From: a virus
Lineage: Duplodnaviria > Caudoviricetes
Reading direction: 5' to 3' (one strand)
DNA: 64,000 nt
IMG/VR virus record: IMGVR_UViG_2595698952_000001
Coordinates: 1-64,000 of that record
Shown: one piece after another, positions 29,491 through 38,352 of the stretch
How positions within the stretch are numbered: the first letter of the stretch is position 1
Layout of the letters: the number at the start of each line of letters is the position of its first letter
Notes under the pieces: generated by a model
The model's database searches: none
What the model saw: only the letters and a program-made list of their open reading frames with translations
What the model was told of the DNA's origin: nothing
Program-made: the position numbers and the translations under genes

Positions 29491-29968
29491 TTTTTCTCCC
29501 ATTGACCAAGCCATTAAGGATTTTATCCACACTGGTGCGACATGGGATGAGATTCAGCAGTTAGCCCGCCACATGAATTTCGGGTCAGTGTTTGACATGT
29601 GGCTTTACGTGGAAGACGCTGGCCTGCGCAGTGAGTTACGGGTACGTTGTGACCCGGATACCCGTAAGCGTATTGAGGATTACTGGCATCAAGAGATTTA
29701 TGGCAAACAACCGGTCACGATGATTCACGATTCCCGAACGGTAGCGTTTGAGAATCTGGAAATGCTGACCCGTTGGGTGTGGGATGCCATGATGACACGT
29801 TATCCAGCGCAGCGTCTCCAGTTCCGTGCACAGTGGGTGTCTCGTCGTCCTAACCGAGTACGTGTCGAGGTTCACTCGATGGGCGGGCATTCGCATTACG
29901 AGACGGTCGATATTGAAGGTGTGACCCGTCACCAAGCGAAGAAGTTGATGGAAAGCTACCCAGCATAA
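29438..29968 (+). CDS. Hypothetical protein
   Basis: ATG 29438 after GGAG (MFLKRIKALFKK...). Confidence 0.65.
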   Translation: MFLKRIKALFKKEKTTTDFSPIDQAIKDFIHTGATWDEIQQLARHMNFGSVFDMWLYVEDAGLRSELRVRCDPDTRKRIEDYWHQEIYGKQPVTMIHDSRTVAFENLEMLTRWVWDAMMTRYPAQRLQFRAQWVSRRPNRVRVEVHSMGGHSHYETVDIEGVTRHQAKKLMESYPA

Positions 29969-30019
29969 CTGGGAGCAGTGGTACCAAACTATTAAATCTT
30001 TAATCTAAAGGAATATGTA

Positions 30020-30481
30020 ATGGAAATCGTACGCAAAGTGGCAATTGAAGCAGACAAGGGTGGTTCAGACGCTTACTGGGTCGTGAAGGTTGCTGACCTG
30101 GATGCGTTTACGCGCAACAATGTAAAGTACGTGGGTAAACCGCGTAACCTGCTGCGTGACTTCTTCCGCCGTCCGCACACTTTCTGCGAGGTCGAGGAGC
30201 CTAACCTGGCAATCTACAACCGTCTGACACCGAAAGGGTCGGATGAGTACATCGGTCGTATCAATACGGTCGTGCAAAAGAACATCTGTGGCGCGTTGTC
30301 TAATCCGCGTGTTGCAGCTGATGGACGTTCCATTAACCTGGAACTCCGTCCGTGGGGCCCCCATGCGTCACGCCTGCGTGAGTTACTGCAAAGTGACATC
30401 ACCCCGGTCTTCGCCATGCGTGCCATGACGGATGTTGACGGTAACGTTGACAAAGTTATTACCTGGGATTTGGTTGGGTAA
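30020..30481 (+). CDS. Prohead-protease-fold paralog, catalytic His/Ser apparently lost
   Basis: RINTV...NIC, LRPWGP, FAMRA and VITWDLV match the layout of phiKZ gp175/T4 gp21 proteases. Confidence 0.6.
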   Translation: MEIVRKVAIEADKGGSDAYWVVKVADLDAFTRNNVKYVGKPRNLLRDFFRRPHTFCEVEEPNLAIYNRLTPKGSDEYIGRINTVVQKNICGALSNPRVAADGRSINLELRPWGPHASRLRELLQSDITPVFAMRAMTDVDGNVDKVITWDLVG

Positions 30482-30561
30482 TAAGGTAGTGCCCGGAGGT
30501 TCGCCTCCGGTTGTTGTACCCTATGTAGTTTGATTATAACAATTCCAATAAGGAGAAATAT

Positions 30562-30738
30562 ATGGAAAATGTGTATGTAGTAATAATGGTTTTATTCGGG
30601 TTCTGTTCTGGTTTCACTTTCGCAAGATTCTTGAGACTCAGAAAGAAACGTGACTTCACTGCTTCGGCAGGGCAACTCTTAATGGCTATCGCCTTCGCGG
30701 CAGTCTTTATCTGGGCGGCATGGCAACGTTGGATGTAA
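30562..30738 (+). CDS. Small two-TM membrane protein (58 aa, absent from the ORF track)
   Basis: TAAGGAG RBS. MENVYVVIMVLFGFCSGFTFARFLRLRKKRDFTASAGQLLMAIAFAAVFIWAAWQRWM. Confidence 0.75.
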   Translation: MENVYVVIMVLFGFCSGFTFARFLRLRKKRDFTASAGQLLMAIAFAAVFIWAAWQRWM

Positions 30739-30739
30739 C

Positions 30740-31030
30740 ATGAAACGAATAGTTCTGGTAGTTATAGGTGTCCTTGTGGCACCTATTTTTGCTCACGCGC
30801 AAGCAAACGAAGTCGTCGTGGAAATAGACCAAGAGGTCTACGAACGCGTATTTCTGGAATGCGTGAAAAGTTTTAAGGGTCCGGATGTGACGAACTTCAA
30901 TGACTTGGATGAGGCTATCCGTCAGTGTGGATCACAAGCGGGACACATCGCTATTCGAAAAGGCGAGTACAGTATTGACCAGGGAGCAGACTGGTTGAAA
31001 GCCAAACCTTACGTGAAGGAAAACAAATGA
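30740..31030 (+). CDS. Secreted small protein
   Basis: Signal peptide MKRIVLVVIGVLVAPIFAHA and two Cys. Confidence 0.7.
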   Translation: MKRIVLVVIGVLVAPIFAHAQANEVVVEIDQEVYERVFLECVKSFKGPDVTNFNDLDEAIRQCGSQAGHIAIRKGEYSIDQGADWLKAKPYVKENK

Positions 31031-32139
31031 CACGCGTTGTGACACTAACCGGTGGCGTTGATTCGTCCTGGAATCTGATGAACATGATTAACCGTGCGGG
31101 AATGAGCGAAAGCATCCGTCCGCTCTACATGGATTTCAAACAAGGTCAGGATGCGTCCTTTGCTGAGTTTGTTCTGGGTAGCGAAATCGCTCAACGGTTA
31201 CTGAAACAAAGTCAAGGTTATCAGTCTCTTTTGCAGTGGATTTCACCCCCGGACAATTTCTTTCCAGAAGTCCGTGTAACCCAGCACCACCAGTTGGGTA
31301 GTCGGTTGACCCAGCAGGGCTACACTATTTTGGGTGTGGCTTGGGTAATGAATAAAGTGTTGGGACAATCACCGGGTTCTACGGCAACGGTTGGCTGGAA
31401 TATGGCGGACACCGTAGAGGCTTCTGGTGCTCAAGCCGAATGGTCTACTGAGGACTACGGGCGGTTGAAGCGGATGTATAGCGACCTTATCTATTTCCAG
31501 GACCACGGTTATCGTGCAGCGCCTTTGCTCGCCCCCGCCTGGGAAATGGATAAGTTTGAAATGTGGTCTGCGCTTCCTGCGAACGTGCAAGAACTCATCA
31601 CGGTTGCTACGCATTATGAAATCGCTATTCGTTATATTCCGGGTGAAGAATACTTCTACATCGAAACCCAACTGCGTGGCTGTGGGAAAGCCCTCCGCTA
31701 CCAGCGTCGTGGAATTGTATTGACCCATGCCTGGCGTGTTAAGCTGGACGATGAATTTTATCGTCGCGTGTACAGTGGTAACTTCCCGGCTGAAAACTTG
31801 GGTGGTGGGCCGCGTAAGTTCTTGAAGGAGCTTAAGGATAAGCGTGACCCGTTCCGTGAACTGACAATCGGTCTCGATGACGCATCGTTGGATATACGTT
31901 CTTACAACGAGGAAGAGTGGGAGAAAGAAAAACTCGACCTTGAACTGCGTTGGGCGGCGTACAATGGCGAAGAAAGTGAAAATCTGGACGCTCCAGATGG
32001 CGAAGTGGCGAGTAGCCGAAGCGAAGGGGATTCCGGCGATCAACACAACGGTGAAGTCGGGTCTGAAACATCTGGCACCGACGTGGGACTTTCTGAGCGT
32101 GTATCAGAAGTCGGACAAGGGGCCGCAAGCGCAAGCTGA
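31027..32139 (+). CDS. QueC-like PP-loop ATP pyrophosphatase-family protein
   Basis: VVTLTGGVDSS, VGWNMAD and APAWEMDK.E; only one Cys remains in the zinc region (GCGKA). Confidence 0.6.
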   Translation: MTRVVTLTGGVDSSWNLMNMINRAGMSESIRPLYMDFKQGQDASFAEFVLGSEIAQRLLKQSQGYQSLLQWISPPDNFFPEVRVTQHHQLGSRLTQQGYTILGVAWVMNKVLGQSPGSTATVGWNMADTVEASGAQAEWSTEDYGRLKRMYSDLIYFQDHGYRAAPLLAPAWEMDKFEMWSALPANVQELITVATHYEIAIRYIPGEEYFYIETQLRGCGKALRYQRRGIVLTHAWRVKLDDEFYRRVYSGNFPAENLGGGPRKFLKELKDKRDPFRELTIGLDDASLDIRSYNEEEWEKEKLDLELRWAAYNGEESENLDAPDGEVASSRSEGDSGDQHNGEVGSETSGTDVGLSERVSEVGQGAASAS

Positions 32140-32347
32140 TTATACCCGTTTGTACAATTTGAAGTTAGACCGGTTGTTAGATGACGACGCGGAGAAGCTC
32201 GTGGAGATTCTTCGGATGGGGGAAGTGGCACTGATGTGTTATTGCCCTGCTGGCCAATTCTGCCACCGGTATTTGTTAGTCGAGAAACTGCGTGAAGTAG
32301 CTGAATGGTTCGGTTATGAATTAGAGTACGCAGGAGAGTTAACCTAA
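31964..32347 (+). CDS. DUF488-family protein
   Basis: LAPTWDFL, Y...Y...L and ALMCYCPAGQFCHRYLL. Confidence 0.75.
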   Translation: MAKKVKIWTLQMAKWRVAEAKGIPAINTTVKSGLKHLAPTWDFLSVYQKSDKGPQAQADYTRLYNLKLDRLLDDDAEKLVEILRMGEVALMCYCPAGQFCHRYLLVEKLREVAEWFGYELEYAGELT

Positions 32348-32350
32348 AGG

Positions 32351-32794
32351 ATGATGAACATGAAATTAATTATGCCCGCTAAAACTATCAAAAACTTTGA
32401 CTACAACGCAATGATGAACGTGAACTCGTTGCGCGGTATTGTGCAAAATGCTGCACGTCGTCTGGAAGCAGAAATCGTTGAGTGTGACTACGAAGAGTTT
32501 GTGAAGTATTCCTTCGTAGGTGAAGCGTACCGCATTGCACTTTACCATGCGTTGTATGCTGATGACATCAGCGATGTGAAGAACTACCTTTCGCGCTGTG
32601 TGGAAGTCTTCCAGGGCGAACGCGAAGAGATGGCCTTTGTCGATGGGGAGTTCCCGGATTATGTCCGTGCCGGATTCGATAAGCTGTTGTCCAACATCAA
32701 CAAGAAGCTGGAAGCCAACGGTGTATCCGGTGCCTATGGTAATGTGTCCCCGTCCTATTACGATAAAGATGCCAAGCAAACCCTGCTTCACTAA
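32351..32794 (+). CDS. Hypothetical protein
   Basis: 147 aa, AAAGGA RBS. Confidence 0.7.
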   Translation: MMNMKLIMPAKTIKNFDYNAMMNVNSLRGIVQNAARRLEAEIVECDYEEFVKYSFVGEAYRIALYHALYADDISDVKNYLSRCVEVFQGEREEMAFVDGEFPDYVRAGFDKLLSNINKKLEANGVSGAYGNVSPSYYDKDAKQTLLH

Positions 32795-32806
32795 GCAGTG
32801 TGTGCC

Positions 32807-32842
32807 ACCCTACTCCGTGTGGAGTAGGGTTCTTCTTTTTTT
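32807..32842 (+). terminator. Intrinsic terminator
   Basis: ACCCTACTCC-GTGT-GGAGTAGGGT followed by a T-run. Confidence 0.85.
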
Positions 32843-32857
32843 AGCCTAAAAATATTC

Positions 32858-32878
32858 AGATAGATATTATCTCAGTGA
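32858..32878 (+). promoter_or_regulatory. Putative phage early promoter
   Basis: AGATAGATATTATCTCAGTGA. Confidence 0.6.
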
Positions 32879-32937
32879 ATGTGTGAAATTTACGCATACC
32901 CCAGTCGATATGTATTGTCCCTTAAGGAGCATTTTCC

Positions 32938-33345
32938 ATGACTCAAAAAGTACAGAATAGCGGTATGTCTGGTGCCATCGGCAAGAACCTTTTTAAGGTT
33001 GCTTGTGTGGAAGTTGCAACGGATGTAGAAGGTGAAGGGGAAGTGAAACTGATGCACCGGGTGATTGACCTGGTGAACAAACACAACGAAAGTGAAGCCG
33101 ATTTCAAACTGGAAATCCTTCCTATCCCCCGCTGGCCCATTGGACAACGTACCATGATTGTCTTCGAACGTTTCATGAATTGTCTCCGCACGTTTGAAAG
33201 CGACCCAACACGTACCACCGCCGCCATGTTGGAAAGCGTATCTGTTCTGGCAGCCAACTACGATAAGCCCGTTGCCGTTGTCGGTGCTGGTCGACCAATC
33301 GGCCACAATTTTCTGACTGAACTCGTCAAACGTAACGCGCGATAA
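32938..33345 (+). CDS. Hypothetical protein
   Basis: TAAGGAG RBS. Confidence 0.75.
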   Translation: MTQKVQNSGMSGAIGKNLFKVACVEVATDVEGEGEVKLMHRVIDLVNKHNESEADFKLEILPIPRWPIGQRTMIVFERFMNCLRTFESDPTRTTAAMLESVSVLAANYDKPVAVVGAGRPIGHNFLTELVKRNAR

Positions 33346-33370
33346 CCTAACCCCCTGAAGGAGTATTACC

Positions 33371-33889
33371 GTGTCATTAACCATTAACATGAACTTCTTT
33401 ACCAAGCGAGAGCGGCAGGTACTGGAGTCCGGTGCTGCTGCCGTGTCACCTGACCTGAACATTGACCCACTTAAAGCCAAAGTCGCAGAGATGTTTCCCG
33501 TGGGTGAGTGGGACATCTGGTACTTCCGCTGCCGCAGTGTGGCGAACGCGTTAACCCAGCTGTCGAATTACCATCCATCGGCCCGTGTGGAGGACTGGAT
33601 TTGGCGTGTACCCCGCACACCGACATCGGTGATGTACGAAGGGGGTGAGAAGCAGGTTTACATCAAACCCGTGGCTAACCCGCCCCGCCTGAACGAATTC
33701 CTGGAAGTTATCTGGGACAGACCGCGTGAAGAACTGCGTGCAATTGTTAACGTTTTAAGCGCGTTGCAAATTGATGGCGTGATGGGACTTCGCATGGAAT
33801 CCCGTGATGACAAGAAGTCGTACTGGGAACTGTCGTGGACAGAACCTAAGTTCGAAAACGTCAACCTTATTTTCCTGCACCGGGGGTAG
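33371..33889 (+). CDS. Hypothetical protein
   Basis: GTG start after AAGGAG. Confidence 0.75.
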   Translation: MSLTINMNFFTKRERQVLESGAAAVSPDLNIDPLKAKVAEMFPVGEWDIWYFRCRSVANALTQLSNYHPSARVEDWIWRVPRTPTSVMYEGGEKQVYIKPVANPPRLNEFLEVIWDRPREELRAIVNVLSALQIDGVMGLRMESRDDKKSYWELSWTEPKFENVNLIFLHRG

Positions 33890-33892
33890 GGT

Positions 33893-34183
33893 ATGTTGGA
33901 TTGGTTATTGGGTCTGATTAACAAACGCCAGGCACAACTTTATAAAGAGAACCAGGAGCTGCGTAAGTACAAACAAGGCTGGGATAAGCTGGCGACTGCG
34001 GCAGTTCAGTCTCAAGCGGCGCTTGCCCTTACCGCGAAGTTTATTGCCGCTGGCCGTACGCACTCTGTTGCCGACGCACAGAAGCTCGTCGAATTAGCCG
34101 AAGAACTTGGTCTCAAAGTAGACCATGCCATTTATCATCAATTAGAAGCGGAGAAATGCAATGGAAAACGTAACAGTAACTGA
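33893..34183 (+). CDS. Small coiled-coil protein
   Basis: 96 aa with amphipathic N-terminus. Confidence 0.65.
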   Translation: MLDWLLGLINKRQAQLYKENQELRKYKQGWDKLATAAVQSQAALALTAKFIAAGRTHSVADAQKLVELAEELGLKVDHAIYHQLEAEKCNGKRNSN

Positions 34184-34571
34184 CCCGAAAGAAGAACTGG
34201 CACTGGCGCTTAAGTCGATGGAAATTCATCAGTTGCAAAGTCTCCAGCACGAAACGGCCGGACAACGTGATCACTTCATCACTGTGGCACAAGCAGCGAT
34301 TAACCTGAATAAGGTCTTGCTGCAAAAGCTGTACAATTTAGAACACGCAACCGTCCATGCCAAAGGTCTGGCTGATGCTTCGGAGAAAGTTACCGACGTC
34401 CGCCTGTTCGCGTCTAATCAGATGGAGAAAGTACAAAATGAATGGGATGTTGCCTGCAATAGTGAACGTAGTACCAACGACCCCCGCAAAGTTGGAGCGA
34501 AACCGGGACTCTTCGTCGGTGACACAACCGTCGCTGAATATACCGGCTTCAATCGGGATGGCCATCGCTAA
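34161..34571 (+). CDS. Hypothetical coiled-coil protein
   Basis: GGAG RBS, 136 aa. Confidence 0.65.
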   Translation: MENVTVTDPKEELALALKSMEIHQLQSLQHETAGQRDHFITVAQAAINLNKVLLQKLYNLEHATVHAKGLADASEKVTDVRLFASNQMEKVQNEWDVACNSERSTNDPRKVGAKPGLFVGDTTVAEYTGFNRDGHR

Positions 34572-35067
34572 CGAGTTAATGCGTCTGGGGATTACAAAGC
34601 TGGATTATATTCATCCGGCTTTGCACCCGACTGCGGATAACATGGAAGCGAAGTTCTGGTATGACCAGGCGAAGGTCATGGGTGTCAAACAGCTGGTACG
34701 CAGTTTAATCAAACTCACGTACCTGTCTGGGTTTATCGAACATCCGCTGTACCACGAACTGATGATGCTCCAGTGTGCGGAGCCGGTTACACCGGATGAA
34801 ATGGTTGAGCGGATGTACCGGGTGTTTGAGAATGCGACAGAGTGTCACTTCCCAGACATCCGTGAATGCACAGTAGAATTTAAACGGGGTAATGATTGTG
34901 GACTCTACTTCGAATGTGAACCTGTCTGGCATGTCGCCGATGGAGATTGCACAGTACCTGATGCAGGGCGGTTTATTGGCGGATACGCCGGAGAACGCGA
35001 CAAAGATAGTGATGTCGCTAATGGTCACCAAAGGGCACTACCACGAGGTCGTTTTCCTTGGGAGTGA
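34558..35067 (+). CDS. Hypothetical protein
   Basis: Probable start ATG 34558, overlapping the previous stop; start is uncertain. Confidence 0.55.
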   Translation: MAIANELMRLGITKLDYIHPALHPTADNMEAKFWYDQAKVMGVKQLVRSLIKLTYLSGFIEHPLYHELMMLQCAEPVTPDEMVERMYRVFENATECHFPDIRECTVEFKRGNDCGLYFECEPVWHVADGDCTVPDAGRFIGGYAGERDKDSDVANGHQRALPRGRFPWE

Positions 35068-35215
35068 GATTTGTGTGCGGACACATTGTCGTCGTCATGA
35101 GGCAGGTCGCGTGCCGTTAACCTTAGGGGGTGCATTGCTACTGATGTCACATGCTGACCACTATGTTAACGATTGCATGATGTGGGTTGCAAAAGGTGGA
35201 GATAATGGGTTTTAG
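34892..35215 (+). CDS. Hypothetical protein (overlaps the previous gene by 176 nt)
   Basis: GGGGT RBS, 107 aa; fills the gap to 35205. Confidence 0.5.
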   Translation: MIVDSTSNVNLSGMSPMEIAQYLMQGGLLADTPENATKIVMSLMVTKGHYHEVVFLGSEICVRTHCRRHEAGRVPLTLGGALLLMSHADHYVNDCMMWVAKGGDNGF

Positions 35216-35438
35216 AAAATGGATAACGTCGTTTGGGGCAAGTGCACGATTGCAGCACCGTATCCAAATGCTCGAACTGGAGCTAGAGGCTGCACAGCTG
35301 GCCCACAAGGGCACGCAAGACGCGTATCGTCAGGCGTTTAAAGAGATCTATGCCGAACTCCAGGACATTAAACGAGAAATACAGTGGAGCGATGTCCCTG
35401 TAGATTTCCCGTTAACCCCAGAGGTGAGCAATGGCTAA
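35205..35438 (+). CDS. Small coiled-coil protein
   Basis: GGAG RBS; starts MGFRKWITSF. Confidence 0.65.
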   Translation: MGFRKWITSFGASARLQHRIQMLELELEAAQLAHKGTQDAYRQAFKEIYAELQDIKREIQWSDVPVDFPLTPEVSNG

Positions 35439-35679
35439 ATTAGTTGCTTGGTTCAGAAACACGTTCTACACAAACTGGCGTGCTGCGGAGGATGAATTGA
35501 CTGCGACACTGGAACACGAGCGTATATTCACAATCGCAATGGTTGAATACATGCTGGAAGGTGACTTTACTCGCGAAGAAATTCTGACGGTAATGCGTCA
35601 TGGTCGCACACCACAGGATCAGGCCAAAATCGAGAAAGAGATCTTCGCCCTGAAAAATGGTAGCGTGCACAATGGCTAA
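35431..35679 (+). CDS. Small hypothetical protein
   Basis: GAGGTG RBS. Confidence 0.65.
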   Translation: MAKLVAWFRNTFYTNWRAAEDELTATLEHERIFTIAMVEYMLEGDFTREEILTVMRHGRTPQDQAKIEKEIFALKNGSVHNG

Positions 35680-36016
35680 ACGTCTCCGTATCACTTTTCT
35701 TGAAAACTCGCTTTCTATCTATCAGGGTAAAAAGCGTATCTATCACGAACCGTTTGTTCCTGTTGAATTCTTTGCAGGACGTATCACAGGTGTGGACAAA
35801 CGTACTACCCATCTACAGAAGGTGGCTTGTGGTGCGATTGCCCGTACGCTGAGAGAACGGCAACTGTGGGCACTTCATCAGTGGTGGAAGAACGCATACC
35901 GCACAGCACGCCCTGCCTGTTTGGACTGGACGCCTCGTGTTCACTTTAACCTGTTGCCTGTAATGACGAAGATTGATATCAAAGATTTAAACGAAATGCT
36001 CACGGTACGCCCGTGA
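35672..36016 (+). CDS. Basic hypothetical protein
   Basis: Overlapping start/stop with the previous gene; IYQGKKRI motif. Confidence 0.65.
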   Translation: MAKRLRITFLENSLSIYQGKKRIYHEPFVPVEFFAGRITGVDKRTTHLQKVACGAIARTLRERQLWALHQWWKNAYRTARPACLDWTPRVHFNLLPVMTKIDIKDLNEMLTVRP

Positions 36017-36035
36017 AACCAAACCCTTAAGGAGT

Positions 36036-37292
36036 ATGAAAATGTTAAAACCCCGTAAGCAAGTCCGTCTGCAAATGGTAAAAGTAGAATTGCCTCGCAG
36101 TTCTCGTGCAGACTGTGCCAACATCTACCTTGGCAAAAAGCTGATAAAGCACATTGGCCGTAAGACCTTGTACGAGGCAGGTAAGCATGTCCGCGATATC
36201 GTTGAAGATCGCAACGGCGAGAAAGGTGATTATTTCCAGTTACGCAAACCTCTGCGTGACGCTTACCGCCTGACTCAACTGGAATGGTTACTCAGTTGGG
36301 TACCTGGCCGTAACACGTTGTACATGCTGCGTAAGTTCCCACGTCCCGTAGTGACTGCGGCAATGAAGAAAGCCCAGGAAGAAGCATTCAGAGACATCCT
36401 GGATTCCTGGGATATGCCCACCATGTTAACTCGCAACGTTGAGCCGTCCCCCGACATCAGAAAGCTTTACGATCGTCTTCGTGAGAGACACGCGGGTAAA
36501 CCGATGACAGTTATTGTACCCAGCGCACCTCGGTTACCGGGCCGTTCGTCATTTGAAGCATACGTGCGCAGTGGTGCGACGTGTTCGCCTGCACATCAAC
36601 GTATGCTGGATATTCAGGCGGCGTTAAACCTGCTCGGTGTGAAGGACTTCAAAGCCCTGCGGATAAGCGATGTGGATATGTCCGGCATCGACGAGCCTGA
36701 GCGTAAGTTCCATGCTGCGTCTGTACTGGTGACACTGGGTGGTAAACCGCTTGACCGTAAAGAGAACTCGCGCTTGGCTGGCATCATCGCTAACTTCCTG
36801 ACCGAGTTCCGGCGGCAGGTCGGTGTCGAACGCATGTTGGCCTACCCGTCCACTGGCCCACAGATTCATCGTTGGTTAGCCCACATCGGTACTATCGTTC
36901 CCACGTTAGGTACATTGCCGAAGCGTGAGAACGCCATTGACTTCTTAACTGAACAGCAGTGGGGTGTGTTCGGGGTGAACTTCCACGAACTCATTAAGTC
37001 GGTTCACGTCTCCTTGTGTTTGTTGGATAAGAGCGAACGCCACGGTCGTATTGGGGCAATGGGTGACCATTTCCCAAATGGTGAGCTGGATATTTACGCT
37101 TGGCCATCCCAGCGTATTGCCGATAAAGAAATAGATATTGACAGTATGCCGTTATTGCACGTCGGTGAAGTCGATGGTGCGAAATACTTTGCGCAAGTTC
37201 TCAAAACGCGTAAAGCAGGCAAAGGTCAAGAGTTCACAATTGACTCACTCGGTGCGTTTAAAGAAGACCCTAAAGGAGAAAGTGATGCTTAA
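36036..37292 (+). CDS. Hypothetical protein
   Basis: 418 aa, TAAGGAG RBS, IYLGKKLI motif. Confidence 0.8.
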   Translation: MKMLKPRKQVRLQMVKVELPRSSRADCANIYLGKKLIKHIGRKTLYEAGKHVRDIVEDRNGEKGDYFQLRKPLRDAYRLTQLEWLLSWVPGRNTLYMLRKFPRPVVTAAMKKAQEEAFRDILDSWDMPTMLTRNVEPSPDIRKLYDRLRERHAGKPMTVIVPSAPRLPGRSSFEAYVRSGATCSPAHQRMLDIQAALNLLGVKDFKALRISDVDMSGIDEPERKFHAASVLVTLGGKPLDRKENSRLAGIIANFLTEFRRQVGVERMLAYPSTGPQIHRWLAHIGTIVPTLGTLPKRENAIDFLTEQQWGVFGVNFHELIKSVHVSLCLLDKSERHGRIGAMGDHFPNGELDIYAWPSQRIADKEIDIDSMPLLHVGEVDGAKYFAQVLKTRKAGKGQEFTIDSLGAFKEDPKGESDA

Positions 37293-38205
37293 GCCTAAGA
37301 AACGTAAGAACGGGGCGGTAATTCTGTCACCCCGTATCTGTGTGGCGGTGGGTAAGAAACTGATTGCACAGGACGGCAAGTGGGTCAGCGAAGGGTTTAG
37401 TAAATACGCTTCACTGTCCATGTGCGCAGACATGTTAAAGATGCATGGGAAGGCAGGTCGTAATCGTCGGGCACAGATGTCGAAGGTTATCCGTACGGTT
37501 GCAGGCTGGTACATGCGCTACATGAAGAAGAACTTCCCACAAGCAGCCACAACGTTTGAAGAAGGGACTTTTGTTCGCACAGAACCAACCGCGATCGGTG
37601 GTGAGCTCCCGATGCGAACTGGCACCGCGTTGCAGCCTAGACTGTATGCTTCGCTGACTAACCGCCCGGAGTCAAAACCAACCCCACCGGAAATTGAACG
37701 TATCCTTCGTTCTAAACGCCACGCAGTTAAGAGCGCACCAAATGAGAACGGTGCCCGTCTGGAAACCGTCTTCACGCATTACGAAGAAGGTGGTTACGGT
37801 GTGTTCAGTCGTTGGGTCGATGACCAAGGTCGTCCAACCAACAGCAAAGGTGAGCTGCTGAACCTGCCGGAAATCAAAGGTGTGAAACTTAAGAGCGGTG
37901 GGAACACTGAAGGTATTCCCGCCAAACTTATCGACACGCTGGATGATGAAACGATGGCCGACATTGTTAAAGAATACGGTAACGCCGCAGAACAATCGTT
38001 GCTGGATTCTATCAAACTCGGTGCACCTAACGAAGTGGATTCCAACAAGGTGAAGGATGTGTTGAAGGTCATCCTCACTCGCTATGTGCAGAAAGAGTTG
38101 AAGGTGTCTCTGCCACACAGCAAGGTTGACGTGAAGTTCCGTAGTCCGACTATGGAAGACATCGATAATCTGCGTGATGCCTTACAGGAACGTGATGGGA
38201 AATAA
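37285..38205 (+). CDS. Hypothetical protein
   Basis: ATG 37285 after AAAGGAG; VAVGKKLI motif. Confidence 0.75.
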   Translation: MLKPKKRKNGAVILSPRICVAVGKKLIAQDGKWVSEGFSKYASLSMCADMLKMHGKAGRNRRAQMSKVIRTVAGWYMRYMKKNFPQAATTFEEGTFVRTEPTAIGGELPMRTGTALQPRLYASLTNRPESKPTPPEIERILRSKRHAVKSAPNENGARLETVFTHYEEGGYGVFSRWVDDQGRPTNSKGELLNLPEIKGVKLKSGGNTEGIPAKLIDTLDDETMADIVKEYGNAAEQSLLDSIKLGAPNEVDSNKVKDVLKVILTRYVQKELKVSLPHSKVDVKFRSPTMEDIDNLRDALQERDGK

Positions 38206-38214
38206 ATAAGTGGC

Positions 38215-38250
38215 ACCCTACTCCTCCGGGAGTAGGGTATTTCTTTTTTT
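38215..38250 (+). terminator. Intrinsic terminator
   Basis: ACCCTACTCC-TCCG-GGAGTAGGGT followed by a T-run. Confidence 0.85.
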
Positions 38251-38277
38251 GTCTCAGCATTGATTAAAAATAATTTC

Positions 38278-38303
38278 AGATATATATTACTTAGGTGAGA
38301 GTT
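38278..38303 (+). promoter_or_regulatory. Putative phage early promoter
   Basis: Contains TATATTAC (phiKZ early consensus) at 38283, with an AT-rich upstream region. Confidence 0.75.
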
Positions 38304-38352
38304 AATACAAATCTCTTACTAATCGACCATTTAACCTAAAGGAATTTGAATC

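Noticed and set aside
31027-32139. Complete 7-deazaguanine DNA modification system
   Set aside because: Only a degenerate QueC-like gene is present; the partner genes are absent from the window.
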